Below, piece after piece: positions 36,900 through 50,786 of a stretch of DNA of 64,000 nucleotides. Source of the stretch: Torpedo marmorata (taxonomy: Eukaryota); assembly GCA_977017645.1 (NCBI GenBank), contig OZ360230.1:78368001-78432000 (forward strand). The letters run 5' to 3'. Both the position numbers and the translations under genes were made by a program. A model generated the notes under the pieces. The model did no database searches and was not told the DNA's origin. It saw only the letters and a program-made list of their open reading frames with translations. Position 1 is the stretch's first letter; each line of letters opens with the position of its first letter.

Positions 36900-37750
36900 G
36901 AGGAAACAGCATTTTGGCACATTCCCTGTTGACCCCTTTTGAAACCTTCAATGAGATTACCTTCCATTCTTCTTAACTTCATTTAGTATAAGGTGAAACT
37001 ATCCCAGTTGACAATCTCTTCACTACAGGAATCAAACGTCAACCTATGTCACACAGCACCGATACAAGTATATCCCTTGGGTACAGGCAGGGTCGGCGCC
37101 AGAACGAGTGTTAGAGTGGGGCATTAGGGTAACCGGGGGGGGGCATAGTCCAACACTCGTAAACTCGCTCAGTGGGGGGGGCTGGGTAAATAGAGGGTCT
37201 AACCGCGAGCGATTGCTGCGAGTGTATGGGGGGCACAGCACCTCGCTTGGGGAGGGGCAATGCCCGCAAATGCCCCCCATTGGTGCCGACCCTGGGTGCA
37301 GGGACCAAAACTGCACACAATACTCCAGGATTGGTCTCACTATCATCTGCACAACTGCAGCAAGAGCTCCCTATTTTCATCGTTCATATTCTTTCAATAA
37401 AGGCTAACAAACAATTTGAACTTTCAATTGCATGCTGTGCCTGCATGTTAATCCTTTGTATTTACCAGCACACCAAGATCCCTCCACATAGCAAATTTTT
37501 CTAGTGTCTCGCCATTTAAATATTTTTGTCTTAATCTTGCCATCAAAGTGAACAAATTCAAATTTTCCTTAATTATATTCCATCTGCTGACATTTGCTTA
37601 AATCTTTATCACTTTCCAAATACTTTGCCTTCTCTTTGTGGCTCATTTTTCCCACTGAACTTTGTCTATTCCAAGTGACGTTGGATGAGTCACACACAGT
37701 CTTTTCATCCAAATCATTTATATGAATAGTAAAGAGCCACTGAGGAAACA
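36900..37750 (-). mobile_element. Decayed CR1 LINE interrupted by a MITE
   Basis: IVRPILEYCVQFWS motif (ORF 37044..37352) and LFTIHINDLDE (37569..37751). Confidence 0.7.
37088..37294. mobile_element. GC-rich hAT (Tip100-like) MITE, 207 bp
   Basis: TIR CAGGGTCGGCGCCA / TGGTGCCGACCCTG (13/14); 8-bp TSD GGTACAGG/GGTGCAGG. Confidence 0.88.
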
Positions 37751-38289
37751 AGTTCTACAACTGTACCTCCTGATAGCCAAAATCAATTTTATTTCTCACC
37801 TTTGTCCATTCTGGAGGCAACAATATACAGTATTTCTTAGAAATGGGTGACTATAACTGCACAATACATTTGAGACAGAATCTATACATGTCTCAAGCAA
37901 CCACAACATAACCTTTCTTGATATGTACTTTCTCTCTCTATGAATGTCTTTATTTACACTTAAATTATCCACAGTGCTTACAATTTAATAACACAATCAT
38001 TATAATTTGACATCTGCTTGGTTATATACTGCATTGTCATGTATTTAAATACATTTTCTTCTTTTCAATTATTTTTCTCTCCAGAGCAACAATGTTTTGT
38101 TTTTCCACATTGAATTCTATTTAGACTAATGACTTGAAAGATCAATAGAATTTTCCTTACGCATTATTTATTCAGTCCCCTTTCAGGAATTGATTGTGGG
38201 GCACCTGGTTTGTGAAAGCGTGAGTGATAGTGATAATAGATATGAATCACATCTTATGATTTGCAGATTTATTTTATTATTTGGGTAGT

Positions 38290-38860
38290 CATGGCGGTGG
38301 AGGCATTTGGCATTGCTTACTTTCTTGGTCATGTTATTCAGCACAGGACCTGGGAAGTCATGTTGCAGCTGCACAAGACATTGGTGAGATCAAACTTGGA
38401 GAATAGCACCCAGATAAAGGAAAAATATCATGTGGAAATAGTGCAAGAAAGATTCATGAGAACGTTACCAGGACTGGTGGGCTTGTGTACTAAGAAAGGC
38501 TGGATAGGCTGTGACTTTTCTACTTGGAGCACTGGAGGCTGAGGGCTCACCTTGTAGAGGGAGATAAAACCATGTGAAACATACATAAGGTAAATAGTCG
38601 TAGTCATTTTTCAGGGTACGGAAGTCTAAAATTAGAGCACATACATTTAAAGTGAGAGGGAAAAGAGTTAAAAGGTACCCAAGGGGCACCCTTTACACAG
38701 AGAGGGTGGTGGGTATGTGGAACGAGTTTCCAAAGGAAATGCTGGAGGATGTACAACTACAGAATTTTAAAGACATTAAATCAGGTACATGGATAGGAAA
38801 GGTTTGGAGGGATATATACTAAATTTAGGCAAACGAGACAAGCTTAGTAAAACAAGCTTG
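38290..38860 (+). mobile_element. Decayed CR1 LINE 3' portion
   Basis: WEVMLQLHKTLVRSNLE and FTQRVVGMWNE motifs. Confidence 0.78.
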
Positions 38861-38864
38861 GTTA

Positions 38865-39265
38865 TCTGCTCATGGCTGAGCATTGCCTAGATTTTGCTGC
38901 ATAAGTATGGATTGTTACATTTGCTGCAGAACTGTAAATGGAATTGAACTTTGTTTAGTGGTCAGTGAACATCCCTACTTCTGACCTCATCATGAATCAT
39001 GATTAAGGCAGCTGAAGATGGTTGGGATGAAGATTCTATCTTGAGGAAGTCCTGCAACTGGGATGATTGAGCTCCCACAATTATTCCTTTGTGCAAGGCA
39101 TGACTCCAAATCTGAGACTGGTTCCCCCTTAATGCCTATAGTTGTCAGTCTAACTAGGCCTCCTTGATGCCACACTCAGTCAAATATTGCCTTGATGTCA
39201 AGTGCTTCTCATCCCCTCACTGGGATTCAGATATTTGTGCTATGTTTGGATCAAGGTTATGAGGA
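38865..39265 (-). mobile_element. Old LINE RT fragment (CR1/L2 supergroup)
   Basis: GLPQDRIFIPTIFSC, a degenerate GVPQGSVLGP motif (ORF 38990..39175). Confidence 0.55.
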
Positions 39266-39612
39266 TATGCTGACAGCTCATTGAAAACTCATGCATTAAA
39301 AGCTCTGAGAATCTCTATTTCAGATTTTATGTGGGTATTAGCTTCTAAAATCTTTAGGGTCTTATTTGACGTTCAAATTGAATGCTCATCTGAGGTCAGG
39401 AAACTAGAGAAAGCCAATGTACTCTAAGATTTTTAAATCAAGACTAATAATGTCATATACTATATAGTAACAGAGCATACATTACTTTTTGAATAGAATT
39501 GTTCCAATATATTGAAGCAATTAGATTTTTTTCCAGCCCAAGCTACTAAAGATTCAGCATAGTTTTATCACCTCACTATTGTAACAAATTCAGTAAATAA
39601 TAAATATTAAGG

Positions 39613-39945
39613 TGCAGCCGACTGCTACGAAGAAACACACACACGCAGTGTGGAAGGTTAAGCTTTCTGTTTTATTGAGGCTGGAAATGCTTCTTTTATT
39701 CAGTTGGAGTTCCCGCCATTTGGTTGATTGGTTGACATCAGCCGCATGAATAACAATAGCGGGCGGGAACGTTCTTGCTCAGCCTGGTATTGATCTGTTA
39801 GCTGGGCTGCTGGTCTTGTATTGCTCCAGCTTTCAACCGCGCCGGTTCGCTATGCTAAGGGTGTTATGCCGCTGTGCTAAGTGTGTTATGCCGCTGTTTA
39901 CTACCGCGCGCGCCGGCTCGATCTCCGCGGTGGCGGGCCACCACA
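39613..39945 (-). mobile_element. Solo LTR (Gypsy-like), 333 bp
   Basis: TG...CA termini, 4-bp TSD AAGG (39609-39612, 39946-39949), AATAAA on minus strand, CpG-rich against AT-rich flanks. Confidence 0.8.
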
Positions 39946-41798
39946 AAGGCAACAAAATTAAACTTTTTTTACAACAACATGCAAATTGCTTCATAGATGT
40001 AAGATCTTGAAAGTGATTCAAAATTTCAATGCACATTTTGAAAATTCTGAAGTCACACAACTGTGTTGAAATCACATCTTGCGACAAATCACACGGTACA
40101 AGTATTACATCCTCAAGAGGTCAGAGGTTAGGAAAGCTAGCCTGGGCTGTGAACTAAAATGGTAATATAATTCACTTGCACCTGCAGTGATTGTGAGTTA
40201 CAAATCTTTCACACTCTTGTAAACGACACTTCATTGAATGATCCTGACAATATGCTATCAAGGAGCATCAGCAAAACAGAAATGATTAAAAGTAAAATTG
40301 CTCTCACAGGATACCTAAGCAGCCATTTGATTATTGCCAAAGTACTTGAAATCCATATAGATATTAGCTACTTGTTGCTAATGGGACTTTAGGCATAAAC
40401 ATGATTATATTCATACCAATAAGAAAAATTGTCAGCGAAATGATTCTTATCATGAAATAGATCATTTTTTACACACCAAGACTGGGAATTAATTGGAGTT
40501 GGGTATTCTCCAAAAAAAGCCACAAGAGAATGCAGATGCCAAAAATTATAAAGCATTTTATCCATCTAATGCTTGGGAGGCCTTACCTTATGAATTCTAC
40601 TACCCAAGATAAAATAAATGGCCATTCTTGCATAAATCTTGATCTATTATTTATTTATTGCAAATCCATACCCTTTCAGAGTTTGCCTGGAGTTATTTTT
40701 CCCATTTGCTACTAATATGAAGGGCTGCAATACACATTTAAAAATATGAAATTTTAAAAGATAAACACGAGTAGGGGAATATTAACAAGCCAGTGGAATA
40801 AAAATGTTATTTAATTATTTAAATGTTAATTTGGATTTAGCTGATTGGTAAGGGGATTAATTAGGACAGCTCAACTGATCTGTTCCTGTTGATTGCCAGC
40901 TTCAAGCTGGCTGCACATTATGATAATGCATAAAGTAGCCCTTCAAATATTGTTCACCTACTGCATGCATCAACTTGAATCCAAATCAGAATTTATTGTT
41001 CCAAGTTCAAGCCATTCTACGCTGCTTAAGGTCAGCCTGCATCACTTAAGGGGAAGGTGTATTCTGGCCAGCATAGATGCTCGCAGTGTGGAAGGAAGTG
41101 AATCGGACCTCAGAAACAATGAAGGTTGGCGTAACTTGAAAGGAGTTTTCAGTCATTATTCTGGAAGCTTGCTGGACGAGGTGCAAATTCGGAAGTAGGT
41201 TCTATATTGACAGGATGCTAGGGCACATAGTCTAGGGAGTAGCCAGTTAATGGAGGACAATGCCTTGTGTCTAGCAGTAAGGAAATGAATGCAGTCTTGC
41301 AGGTAGTTCAGTGACTTCAAATGCTATCATTCAGAGCTAATTTTCATATACTTCACCTCACCCTCAACCATGTAGTACTGTTAGAAGCAGTACAAACTTT
41401 CAGCAATTTAGCAATGACAGCCACATCATACATAACATTGAATGACAGTCACTAACACATTTCCCTCTCTCTCTTGCAGGATAAGGTAGTGCAACTCTGA
41501 AGACATGAGGGGCTACTCACAGTGAGAAATAAATGTCTGAAATCTCACAGGGAATGACCCAGCTGCCTTAAGTACTGTGCACATCCTTATTCTCAAAGGG
41601 GAAGCAGTGTTATCAGAGCAGCTGTTACACAGACAGTAGTGAGTGGGATGGCAGAAAAGGATTTTGTTTTCATACCTAGTCCCTCAGCACACTTCTCACT
41701 TCCAACTCATCACATCATCTCTTCTATTTTACATACACCAAATGCTGTCAGCATATATGTCCTTTTTTCACCTTTACCCTTTTCTAAGCACACCCTTA

Positions 41799-42672
41799 CC
41801 ATATAACCATATAACAATTACAGCACGGAAACAGGCCATTAGGCCCTTCCAGTCCGCACTGAACCAAACATTCCTATCTAGTCCCACCTACCTGCACCCT
41901 GCCCATAACCCTCCACTTCCTTCTCATCCATATACTTGTCCAACTTTTTCTTAAATAATAAAATTGACTCTGCCGCCACTACTTCTCCCGGAAGCTCATT
42001 CCACACAGCTACCACTCTCTGAGTAAAGAAGTTCCCCCTCATGTTACCTCTAAACCTCTGCCCCTTAACTCTTAGCTCATGTCCTCTTGTTTCAATCTCT
42101 CCTATTCTTAATGGAAATAGTCTATCCACATCCACTCTGTCTATCCCTTTCATAATTTTAAATACCTCTATCAAATCCCCTCTCAACCTTCTACGCTCCA
42201 AAGAATAAAGACCTAATATGCTCAATCTCTCCTTGTACTCTAGATTCTTAAACCCAGGTAACATTCTGGTAAACCTTCTCTGCACTCTCTCCACTTTGTT
42301 GATATCCTTCCTATAATTTGGCGACCAGAACTGCACACAGAACTCTAAATTAGGCCGCACCAAAGCCTTATATAATCTCAACATCACTTCCCAACTCCTA
42401 TATTCTATGCAATGATTGATAAAGGCCAGCATACTAAAAGCCTTCTTCACCACCCTATTCACATGAGTTTCCACCTTCAGGGAACGATGCACCGTTATTC
42501 CTAAATCTTTATGCTCTTCTGTATTCATCAATGCTCTCCCATTTACTACATATGTCCTGTTCTGATTCTTCTTACCAAAATGAAGCACCTCACACTTATC
42601 AGCATTAAACTCCATCTGCCATTTTTCAGCCCACTTTTCTAAGCAGCCCAAATCCCTCTTGCAATCTCTGAA
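41799..42672 (-). mobile_element. Young CR1 LINE 3' part with an unbroken RT C-terminal frame
   Basis: WAEKWQMEFNADKCEVLHFG..YKALVRPNLEFCVQFW..ERRRLRGDLIEVFKI..FFTQRVVAVWNELP; tail (TTATATGG)n. Confidence 0.93.
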
Positions 42673-43017
42673 TCCCTTATGTCCTTTTCCTTGCGGGTAG
42701 TCAAGAGGTGCAACCTGAAGAAGCTGCAAAGAAACAACAAAAACAGAGAGATGATGGGCACAGCCCCACCAAATAGTGCTGAAAACCCAGCCACCAGTTA
42801 CAGACACTGCCAGGAAGTGCTGAAAGGAAGTGGGAACAGCACAGATTGGGACAAACAGAAAGAAAAGCAGATGAATTCTGCTGCAGAACTCAGAAGACAT
42901 TGGCCATAGAGAAAGGCTGACAGGTATGCATGATTATTATGCTGCCAGACAACATACATTCAATGTAATTAAGTGTGGAATCCATCAGAAATTAAGCAGA
43001 CTTTGCCAACTTTGTTA

Positions 43018-43238
43018 CAGTAAAATCCCTGGTATCCAGCACCTATGGGGATTGGTAGATGCCAGATAAGTGAATTTTCCGGTTGCTTGACATTGTGTGT
43101 TGTGTGATTGGTGAACTAACGGCGAGGTTCACCAATTTTAAACTTCTCTAATTTTTACCTATTTATTTTCTACGATTTTTTTTGTCAGTTGCTTGAGGCT
43201 GCCGGTTGCTTGAATTCCAGATAACAGGGGTTTTACTG
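43018..43238. mobile_element. Tc1/mariner (Tigger-like) MITE
   Basis: TIR CAGTAAAATCCCTGGTATC / GATAACAGGGGTTTTACTG; TA on both flanks. Confidence 0.85.
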
Positions 43239-43369
43239 TATATCCATTGCAGAACACCTTGCACAAGGCTGCCACATAAACAGATTGCTGTCATGCAAAG
43301 TCATCTTGCTGCCATTTTGGGTAAGATTTCCAGTTTATAGCCAATGTGCACTGTCGTGGTGTTGAGATT

Positions 43370-43600
43370 GAATAGTTGAGGAGGTGACTCGGTTGCCAAT
43401 TAAGTGGACGGCTTTGTCCTGGATGGGTTTGAGATTCTCAAGTGTTGTACCTGCACACATCTAGGAAAGTTAAAAGTATTACATCTCACTCTTGACTTGT
43501 GCCTGTAGGTGGTAGGAAGGATCAGAGGTAATCAGGAACTCTGTTACCTACCATGGGATATCCTCCCTCCAACTGATTCTGATCATCATTATACTAATAT
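43370..43600 (-). mobile_element. Old LINE RT C-terminal fragment
   Basis: Minus strand translates, with stops, to AQVKSEM*YF..TTLENLKPIQDKAVHLIG. Confidence 0.6.
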
Positions 43601-45654
43601 GGCCAGTCTAACTACAATAAAACTGCATTAATCTGGCACATGGCACTTTGGTGGTGCTAGACAAGCTGATTTTCCAGTTTATTGGATGTAATTTGTATTA
43701 ATATACCAATACTCTTTTAATTATATTTTTTACATTAAGTAATTGGTGAACAGTTGATAACCCTCCTGAACATTCAGTCTCCTCATTCTCCAAATCAATG
43801 TTTCATCAGCTTCTCTATTTTATTAATATTTATATAGTCGGTGTTTTGTTGAACTGCCTCTATTCTTCCATCTCAGTTCACAATAAATACCTTACATGTG
43901 TTTTCTTGCCAATTTCCCAATCTACTGTGTTTTTACTTTTAGCTGTGTCCAGCATTGTGAACCATAGCCTTTTGAACTCTGTTTCTTTGTTGAAAAAAAA
44001 AACAATCCGATCTGGCTTAACATGCCAAATACTTATTTTGGTACATATTTTCCGATGTTCATATATCACTCCTTTTGATGAATAATGTATTAAAATGGAC
44101 TTTTCCCAGTATTTGAGGCCCTATTTACACTCCAACTACATTGGAAGATTAGGATGGTGTTGAAAATAACCAACTTTGTATGGGTTAGAACTCATTTTTA
44201 GTTTCAAATTACATTCACAAACTCCTACAATGATAAGAACCATGAGATTGGCTTCTGCCTTTACTGTCTTGAAATGCATTCCAGATATCCCTGGATAGAT
44301 GCAAGTACAATAGGCCATTCATGTCTACCAGAACAATCAAAAAATTTCCTGGTTTCTCAGTCATTTAATTCAACTAATTTCTTAATAACCACAGTAAGTT
44401 AGCTTCTACTTCTTATTGATTCCATGCCATAACTTTCTTTGTGTGAAGTACTTGCTAATATTATTGTTAAATGTTTTCCATTTAGAAATTTGAGACTGTG
44501 CTGTATTCTATCTCACAGATGATCACAAAAACACTTCCACAGATTCACTTTGCACAAGGGAAAGTACCATCAACTTCACAAAAATGTTGCAATACTTGCA
44601 GGTCATTTTTCAGAACTAAGTCTGACAGAAAACATTTACTGGAATGAACATCAAATTTTCTTTTAAAAAATTGAATAAAGTTAATCTACTGTATATTCAT
44701 GAATGTGATATTAAGTTGCCTTGTATTCATGTCATGAAAAGTCATCCAGAGCAATCATTTGTTGAATTTGACCATGTTAGAATCAGTTACCGAGAAATTG
44801 TTTAAAACAAACCTTTAATGTAATTTGGAATTGATCAAAATATATAGCGTCAGATTTGATGTTTATCAGAAAGTAATCTTGTTATGATACATCTTTAATT
44901 TAAAAGGTGAATACATTTGAGTGTGAAAATTTTATTGTTCATATTTGTGGATAAATTAGAAATATACAGATATTTCTGACGTTACAATATGGGAGAGCGA
45001 TGCATCTCAAAAACTCATTGCCTGTTAGTGAATGCTAGAATACAGGGTGCCAAATCCAAAATCTAATTTGGTTATTGGTGCTTTGAAGAAAAATGAAGGT
45101 GGGTCAGTGGCCTTAGACACAATAGACCAGGCATTGCTCATTTTTAAAACAAAATTGTTGGTGCAGTTTTGGGAGTGCCCTCAGTCTGGAGCATCAATGC
45201 CTAGGGAATAAATAATGACAGGTACCTCCAGGACAACACAATTCAAAATTTGTGTTGTATTGTTCATGGAATGACATCAACCTGTGCACCCATTAATGTG
45301 GAAGTCATTTGAAGAGTGCAGATTTCACTAGAGCAAACTGAATTACCAAAGTAAAGCCAAATAATCTGTTTCACTCTGGAAAAACTAATTTTTTCAATTA
45401 CAAAACAAAGCATCATGCAATTGAAGCTCTAAATAAATATAGGTATGAAGACCAAAATAGAATCTTGATTAATTGCTGCAATGTGTAAATGCAAATGTAA
45501 TTTTGAATCACCTAAAGCATGTTTTAAATTTAAAAACTAAAGCAAATAACAGCTGTGAAACTCTTCCCCCAATTGTGTTGCAAATGGAAATTCCCAATGC
45601 AACTACATTTCTTGCTCATTCAGAAACGGTGGCTCATAGTGTCCACTATTCCTC

Positions 45655-46305
45655 TGTGAAGATTATTTGATATGAAGACCTCAGACCTGGTACAAAACTG
45701 AGACAAGGAAGCAGGAATTTGTGCCCTCCATATAGGCTTCTGAGATTTGGCTTGCCTAGAAAAGGCATCACAAGGCACTGTAGAAATATCATCAATGTTT
45801 TGATGCAATATCCTCTGCCAGAAGGACAAGCAAAGTAATGCCAATGTACTATCTCTGGCCATTATTCTATTCCCAGTATTTGAGGCCCTATTTACACTCC
45901 GACTACATTGGAAGATTAGGATGAATGACAAAAGACACCCAAAACAGGCGCTCTAATCTTAGTTATGTCATGGGAAGGGTGTACCAGACAGGTAAGACAA
46001 AGATTCAAGGATTTAACACTTCTGGAAAATGCAACATCCCCACTGATGCCTGTCAACTCTGGCCTCTGACTACTCAATGTGGAGAAGAAATATTCAGGAT
46101 GTTACCGAGAGCCTTCAGACCATGAATCAGGTGGAAGGAACCTACCACCCTAACAAATTACTTGCCTGCCCCTTCAGCCAACTCCTGCCCCATCTGTGGA
46201 TGAGACTGCAGTTCCCACATCAGTTGCTTTTGTCACTTCAGAACTCAAAAAACTAGATTAGATGTAAGTCATCCTTGATTCCAAGGGACTGCCTGAAAAG
46301 AAAAA
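45655..46305 (+). mobile_element. Decayed RTE-clade LINE 3' end
   Basis: DLRPGTKL / ASEIW remnants, CPICG zinc-finger-like end, RTE-type tail GTCATCCTTGATTCCAAGGGACTGCC followed by an A/G-rich run. Confidence 0.7.
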
Positions 46306-47003
46306 GGATATCTCAAATGACATTTATTTCAACAATATAATTCTTATGTTTTGGTAGAAGTGAATACCGATAATCTTAATTAAAATATTATTTCTTTGCC
46401 CACTGACCCGAGAGGAATATACCTCTGTGCACAGGTGTGGCAGGAGTGATTCTCAGAAGGCTGCATGTGCACTTAGTTCAGTGGGAGTTGCTAACTCATA
46501 AATCCAGCAATAAAAAATTATGGATTTAAAAAATTAGCCATTGACTATTATAGTCAGATTTGCATTTTATCCCTCACATAACACAAATTAGATAGGTGAA
46601 GTAAATATTGCTTTGATTATGGGACACTACTGTGTATAACTTGGCTGCTGCACTCACCTGAAAAGTAGGTCTTTCAATTTAAAATCTGTTTGTTGTAACA
46701 TACTAAAATGTTCATTCATTTAAAGGTGCTGGATACATGCAAGTTGGTGCTACTGAAAACTATCGTCAGGTGTGATGTTGAAAGAGATGTGTCTATAACA
46801 CTTAAGTCCTTATGAGAGCAAGACCATCCAAAAATTGTTGATTGAGATATGGAATCTTAAATCATGCACATCTCATAAAAGCAATCTATTTAAATAATAG
46901 CTAAAATCCAGTTGAGAATAATATTTTTATCCCAAAAGAATAATGACTTTAATTCAATAAATTAACTATTGCATTATAAAACACTCATTTTCATACCTAT
47001 ACC

Positions 47004-47100
47004 AGTAGGTGGGATTAGAGGAGGGTACTTGGATCGGTGCGGACTAGAAGGGCTGAACTGGCCTGTTTCTGTGCTGTAGTTGTTAAATGGTTATATGGTA
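47004..47100 (+). mobile_element. Short CR1 3' tail (same family as the 41799 element)
   Basis: GGTGCGGACTAGAAGGGC..GGCCTGTTTCTGTGCTGTA..ATGGTTATATGGTA. Confidence 0.75.
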
Positions 47101-47574
47101 TTACTTTTCAAGTGACAGATTGCACTTTATAACTTTATCTGCCACTGAATGAGAAAATCTTAAATCCATGCAGAATCAATGGCACTGCCTGTGGATAACT
47201 TGTTTCCATTCTAATTTTGCAAATACTCCCATGATTACTATAAAAATAACTTTTTGAATAAAATGAAACTTGGAATTATTCCATTCACACAAAATATAGA
47301 ACTTAAACTTAAAAAACTTATACTGGCACTCCACTGCACCACAGATGGACTATTGCACTCTCCTAAGTGATGTATTTTGGATAAAGTATTAAATATACAC
47401 CTTAACTGCATTCTCAAACATAAGTAAGGGATCCCACTGCAATATTTTAAAGATATAAAAACAGAAAATGCTGGATAATCTCAACAGGTCAGGAGCATCT
47501 GTGGAAAGATAAACAATCAATGTTTTAGGTCTGTGATCCTTTGTCAAAACTGACTTAAAGAACTTAATGATATT

Positions 47575-47757
47575 GTCCAATCCAACATAAATCCCCTTTT
47601 ATTGATCTAAAATTGCTCATTATCAGACTGCTGTTTATGAAACCTTGCTGTGTAAAAATTGGCTGTGGTATTTCCTTTATTACAGCAGCAGAATTTCAAA
47701 AGAAAAAAATAGAACAAAAATGTAATTCGTTGCAGAGTACTTTGAACCATCTTGAAC
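47575..47757 (+). mobile_element. DeuSINE (SacSINE1/AmnSINE1-like) relic
   Basis: CTGCTGTTTATGAAACCTTGCTGTGTAAAAATTGGCTG..TTTCC..ATTACAGCAG..TTCAAAAG resembles the recalled Deu-domain. Confidence 0.6.
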
Positions 47758-47761
47758 ATTA

Positions 47762-48055
47762 AATATACTTTTGATGACTGTATTGGTGCTGCTTCATCCA
47801 TTCATGCAGAACTCAACATTTTCATTACTTTTACTACCAATTTCCACCTTGCCCTCACCATCAAAAGAGCAATCTAGGACTCTTCCCTTTCTGAACCTTT
47901 GTCTTCGTCTCAGGGGATAAGCTAGTTATTAAAATCCATTACATGCTGACTAACTCCCACAGCTATCTTGATTTCTCTTTGTCCCAGCTTTCCTCCTGTA
48001 AGAACTTTATTCCATTCTGCTTGCTCCTCTGTCTCTGTCATATTGGTTCTGATGA
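47762..48055 (+). mobile_element. Degenerate Penelope RT fragment
   Basis: DDCIGAAS..ELNIFITFTTNFHLAL and D*LPQLS/SHSYLD-like remnants, homologous to 32330-32630. Confidence 0.6.
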
Positions 48056-50786
48056 TGAGAAAGGCCCATTACTGTGCTCTATGATTCTATGATTATTGGA
48101 TGGCAAAGTGGATTTGTGAACTCAGGGATGTCCATTAGTGATCAAAAGGTCTAGTTGTGGTCCAGGAGGCAAATAATGGTTGCGAGGAAATGCATGTTGA
48201 TGATTGTTAGAAGAGAGGATGCTGATGACTGAGGAACAATAGTTAGTAGTCAATGAAGTAGATAGTGGAGGAAGTGATAATGATTGTGAGGGGTTCTAAT
48301 AATTAGGGCTGGGGAGGCACTGGTGTGGTTGTGTGCAGTTCCAGTGAAAGCAGTGCAGAGGACTTAATAATGGTTAAGTATTGGAAACAAATGGTGTCAA
48401 AGTTAAATGGAAGGCAGATTGCAGAGACATTTTTGGGTAACTTGCAAGTCCTGATGAAAAGGAAAGGAGACAAATCTGAAAAAAAAAACCAGACAGAAAT
48501 GCATGCAAGACGTGAGAGGAGCCAAGTGATAGAGAGAGAGGGCAGTCTGTATATGTAAGAGAATGGTTCATAAAGGAGATCATATGAGGAAAAAAAAAAT
48601 ATAGAAGAAAGCATTTTAGTGATTGAAATCTGCACCAAATTATCTGTGCAATCTGAAACTTAATAATGTGGGCCAGACTTAATGTCAATTGATGAGAACT
48701 TTCTTTGTTCAAATGGAGAACAAGTGTGGCTGATGAAACTTTCAAGCTTTTTTATACTTGCTTTACACGATTGGTTTCAGGTGAAAATGTAGTGCTTTAA
48801 ACGTGTAGTTCAGCATATTTGAGAAAAATATGTATGCCTCTCTCTACACTTATCAAAGACTTTTACTTTACCTATTGACATTCTGCTGAAACTTGCACAA
48901 TAAGAATGTTAACATTAGAAGTAGCCATGCTTTTCTTTTTCCATTCAATAACTTTCTCTAGATCATTTGTTAATCAAATACATTGATAGTTTCATTCTGG
49001 GAAAGGAGGAAGGAAAGACACATATGAGTAACTATGATAAGATTACATGATAAGATTGACATGGAATAAAAAAAATCACCTTAATATATGGTTCAGTGGT
49101 ATTTCACCCTTAACAATGCAGGTATGCGTGAGAACACTGCAGAAACAATAATTGCCAGCTGAGCAAATGTCTGTTGCAATGGGAAAAGGCTTGAAATAAA
49201 ATGACTCAATTCATGTAGAAAAGAGAATTTTAGATTTACAGCACTGATATAATAGGTTACAAAAGAGGTCCAGCTTCATTTCTGCAATCATGTCTTACAT
49301 GACTCACTCCTCTCAATCATTCTGCAATTCTTAGCTGTTTTATTGTACACTTCCCTTGCAAGAATTTCTGTTTGTTTAAGTTCATTTTCAATTTCATGTA
49401 ATTACATTAGACATTTCATTCCAGTATTTTCCTGCAAGATCATATCTTGGATTTACATATTATCTGCTTTCCCTGCCATTTATATAGTAGCACAAGTACT
49501 GTCCACTGGCATAATTCTGAAGACTCTAATTTGTTGGATGTTAGTACTTTTAACAATTCAAATTGGGAGTTTGTGAATTAATGTATTGTAACCAAAATGA
49601 TGGCTTTCATGAAAGAATTGCATTTGAAAGAACCTACTGTTCTGGGGCAATTGTGTTCTCTTCACTGGCAATCTCACAGTGGCCCACAGCCAGCTGGCAC
49701 ATCCTACATATTTTGACTCACAGTCAACCTTCAGGGCCATACAGTGCCCTCCATTGCATGGATGCAGTTTTCCACAGCAGGACTGCATCACAGAGGAAGC
49801 ATTGGGAGATGTAGCAGAACGAGAGGTAAACATAACTTACATTTCTTACTGGTAGATCATATTACTAAGATTGCTGATTTATCCCAGTTGCACTGATTGC
49901 ATTAGCCACGTTCTTACCAGTACATCATACCAGCTTACTTTCACCTCAAAGAAGAGCAGGTAAACAACTGGGGAAGAAATGACTAGAGTGAAGCACAATG
50001 GCAAATAGTCAATAAATTTTAGAGTTCATGGGTTTCTGTCACCCATTTTATTGATCAAATTATGAAATTCGGGCTTACAGCTTTAATGGCTTGCACAACA
50101 GGGATCACAAAACAGACTCTAACTTGGGGAGTGCTACATGATTATTGAGTCATGATATACTTCATTTGTTTTCTCTTTTGGCCTTGGTTATTTAGGGATT
50201 TGAAACAATACTTGCCACTTATCAGCCGATGGCTGAATGTTGTCTAAGTCTGAATGCGTTGAATTATCCAGAGGTAAAGTAATTCAGAATGGCATTGATC
50301 TTAACCACCCCAGATAAAGAATTCAGTCAAGTTGCATGAATGGAGGTTACCAATCTCTTTCAGTTACTGATGTGGAAACCTTAGTTGCCAAAAACATTGC
50401 TCCTTAAAGGGCACAGGCTTGTGGCACGAGAGTGATACTATGTGTGGAATAAAATGTTCCCTTCCTCTTTTGGAGTCAAGGATTCATATATTAGGGAAAC
50501 ATGCCCTTGGGCCCATTGATTCCACAGTCACATCCAGCACCCAGACTAGACTGATGCTGCATTTAAGCTTATCTTCTAGTGGAGCATCAGTCTCCTGTAG
50601 TTCCCATGCGTGCAGTAAACTCAGCTGGGACCATCCCTGAAACGCACATGGCAAACAGTTATTAATTGGAATCACTCAGGATGGAGAGGGTTGATAGTGG
50701 AGACAAAAACTTCTGGTGCTGGAATCTGATATGAAGAGAAGGTGACCAGAGTGGTGTAATGCAAGCTGTTGGGGAAGGACAGATGG

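Noticed and set aside
41878-42900. 340-aa host-CR1 fusion gene with a hydrophobic N-terminus
   Set aside because: The first ~75 aa are read-through from flanking DNA into a 5'-truncated CR1; no evidence of expression
50548-50593. 11-bp stem hairpin AGACTGATGCT/AGCATCAGTCT
   Set aside because: Short stem with a 24-nt loop, no TSD or supporting context
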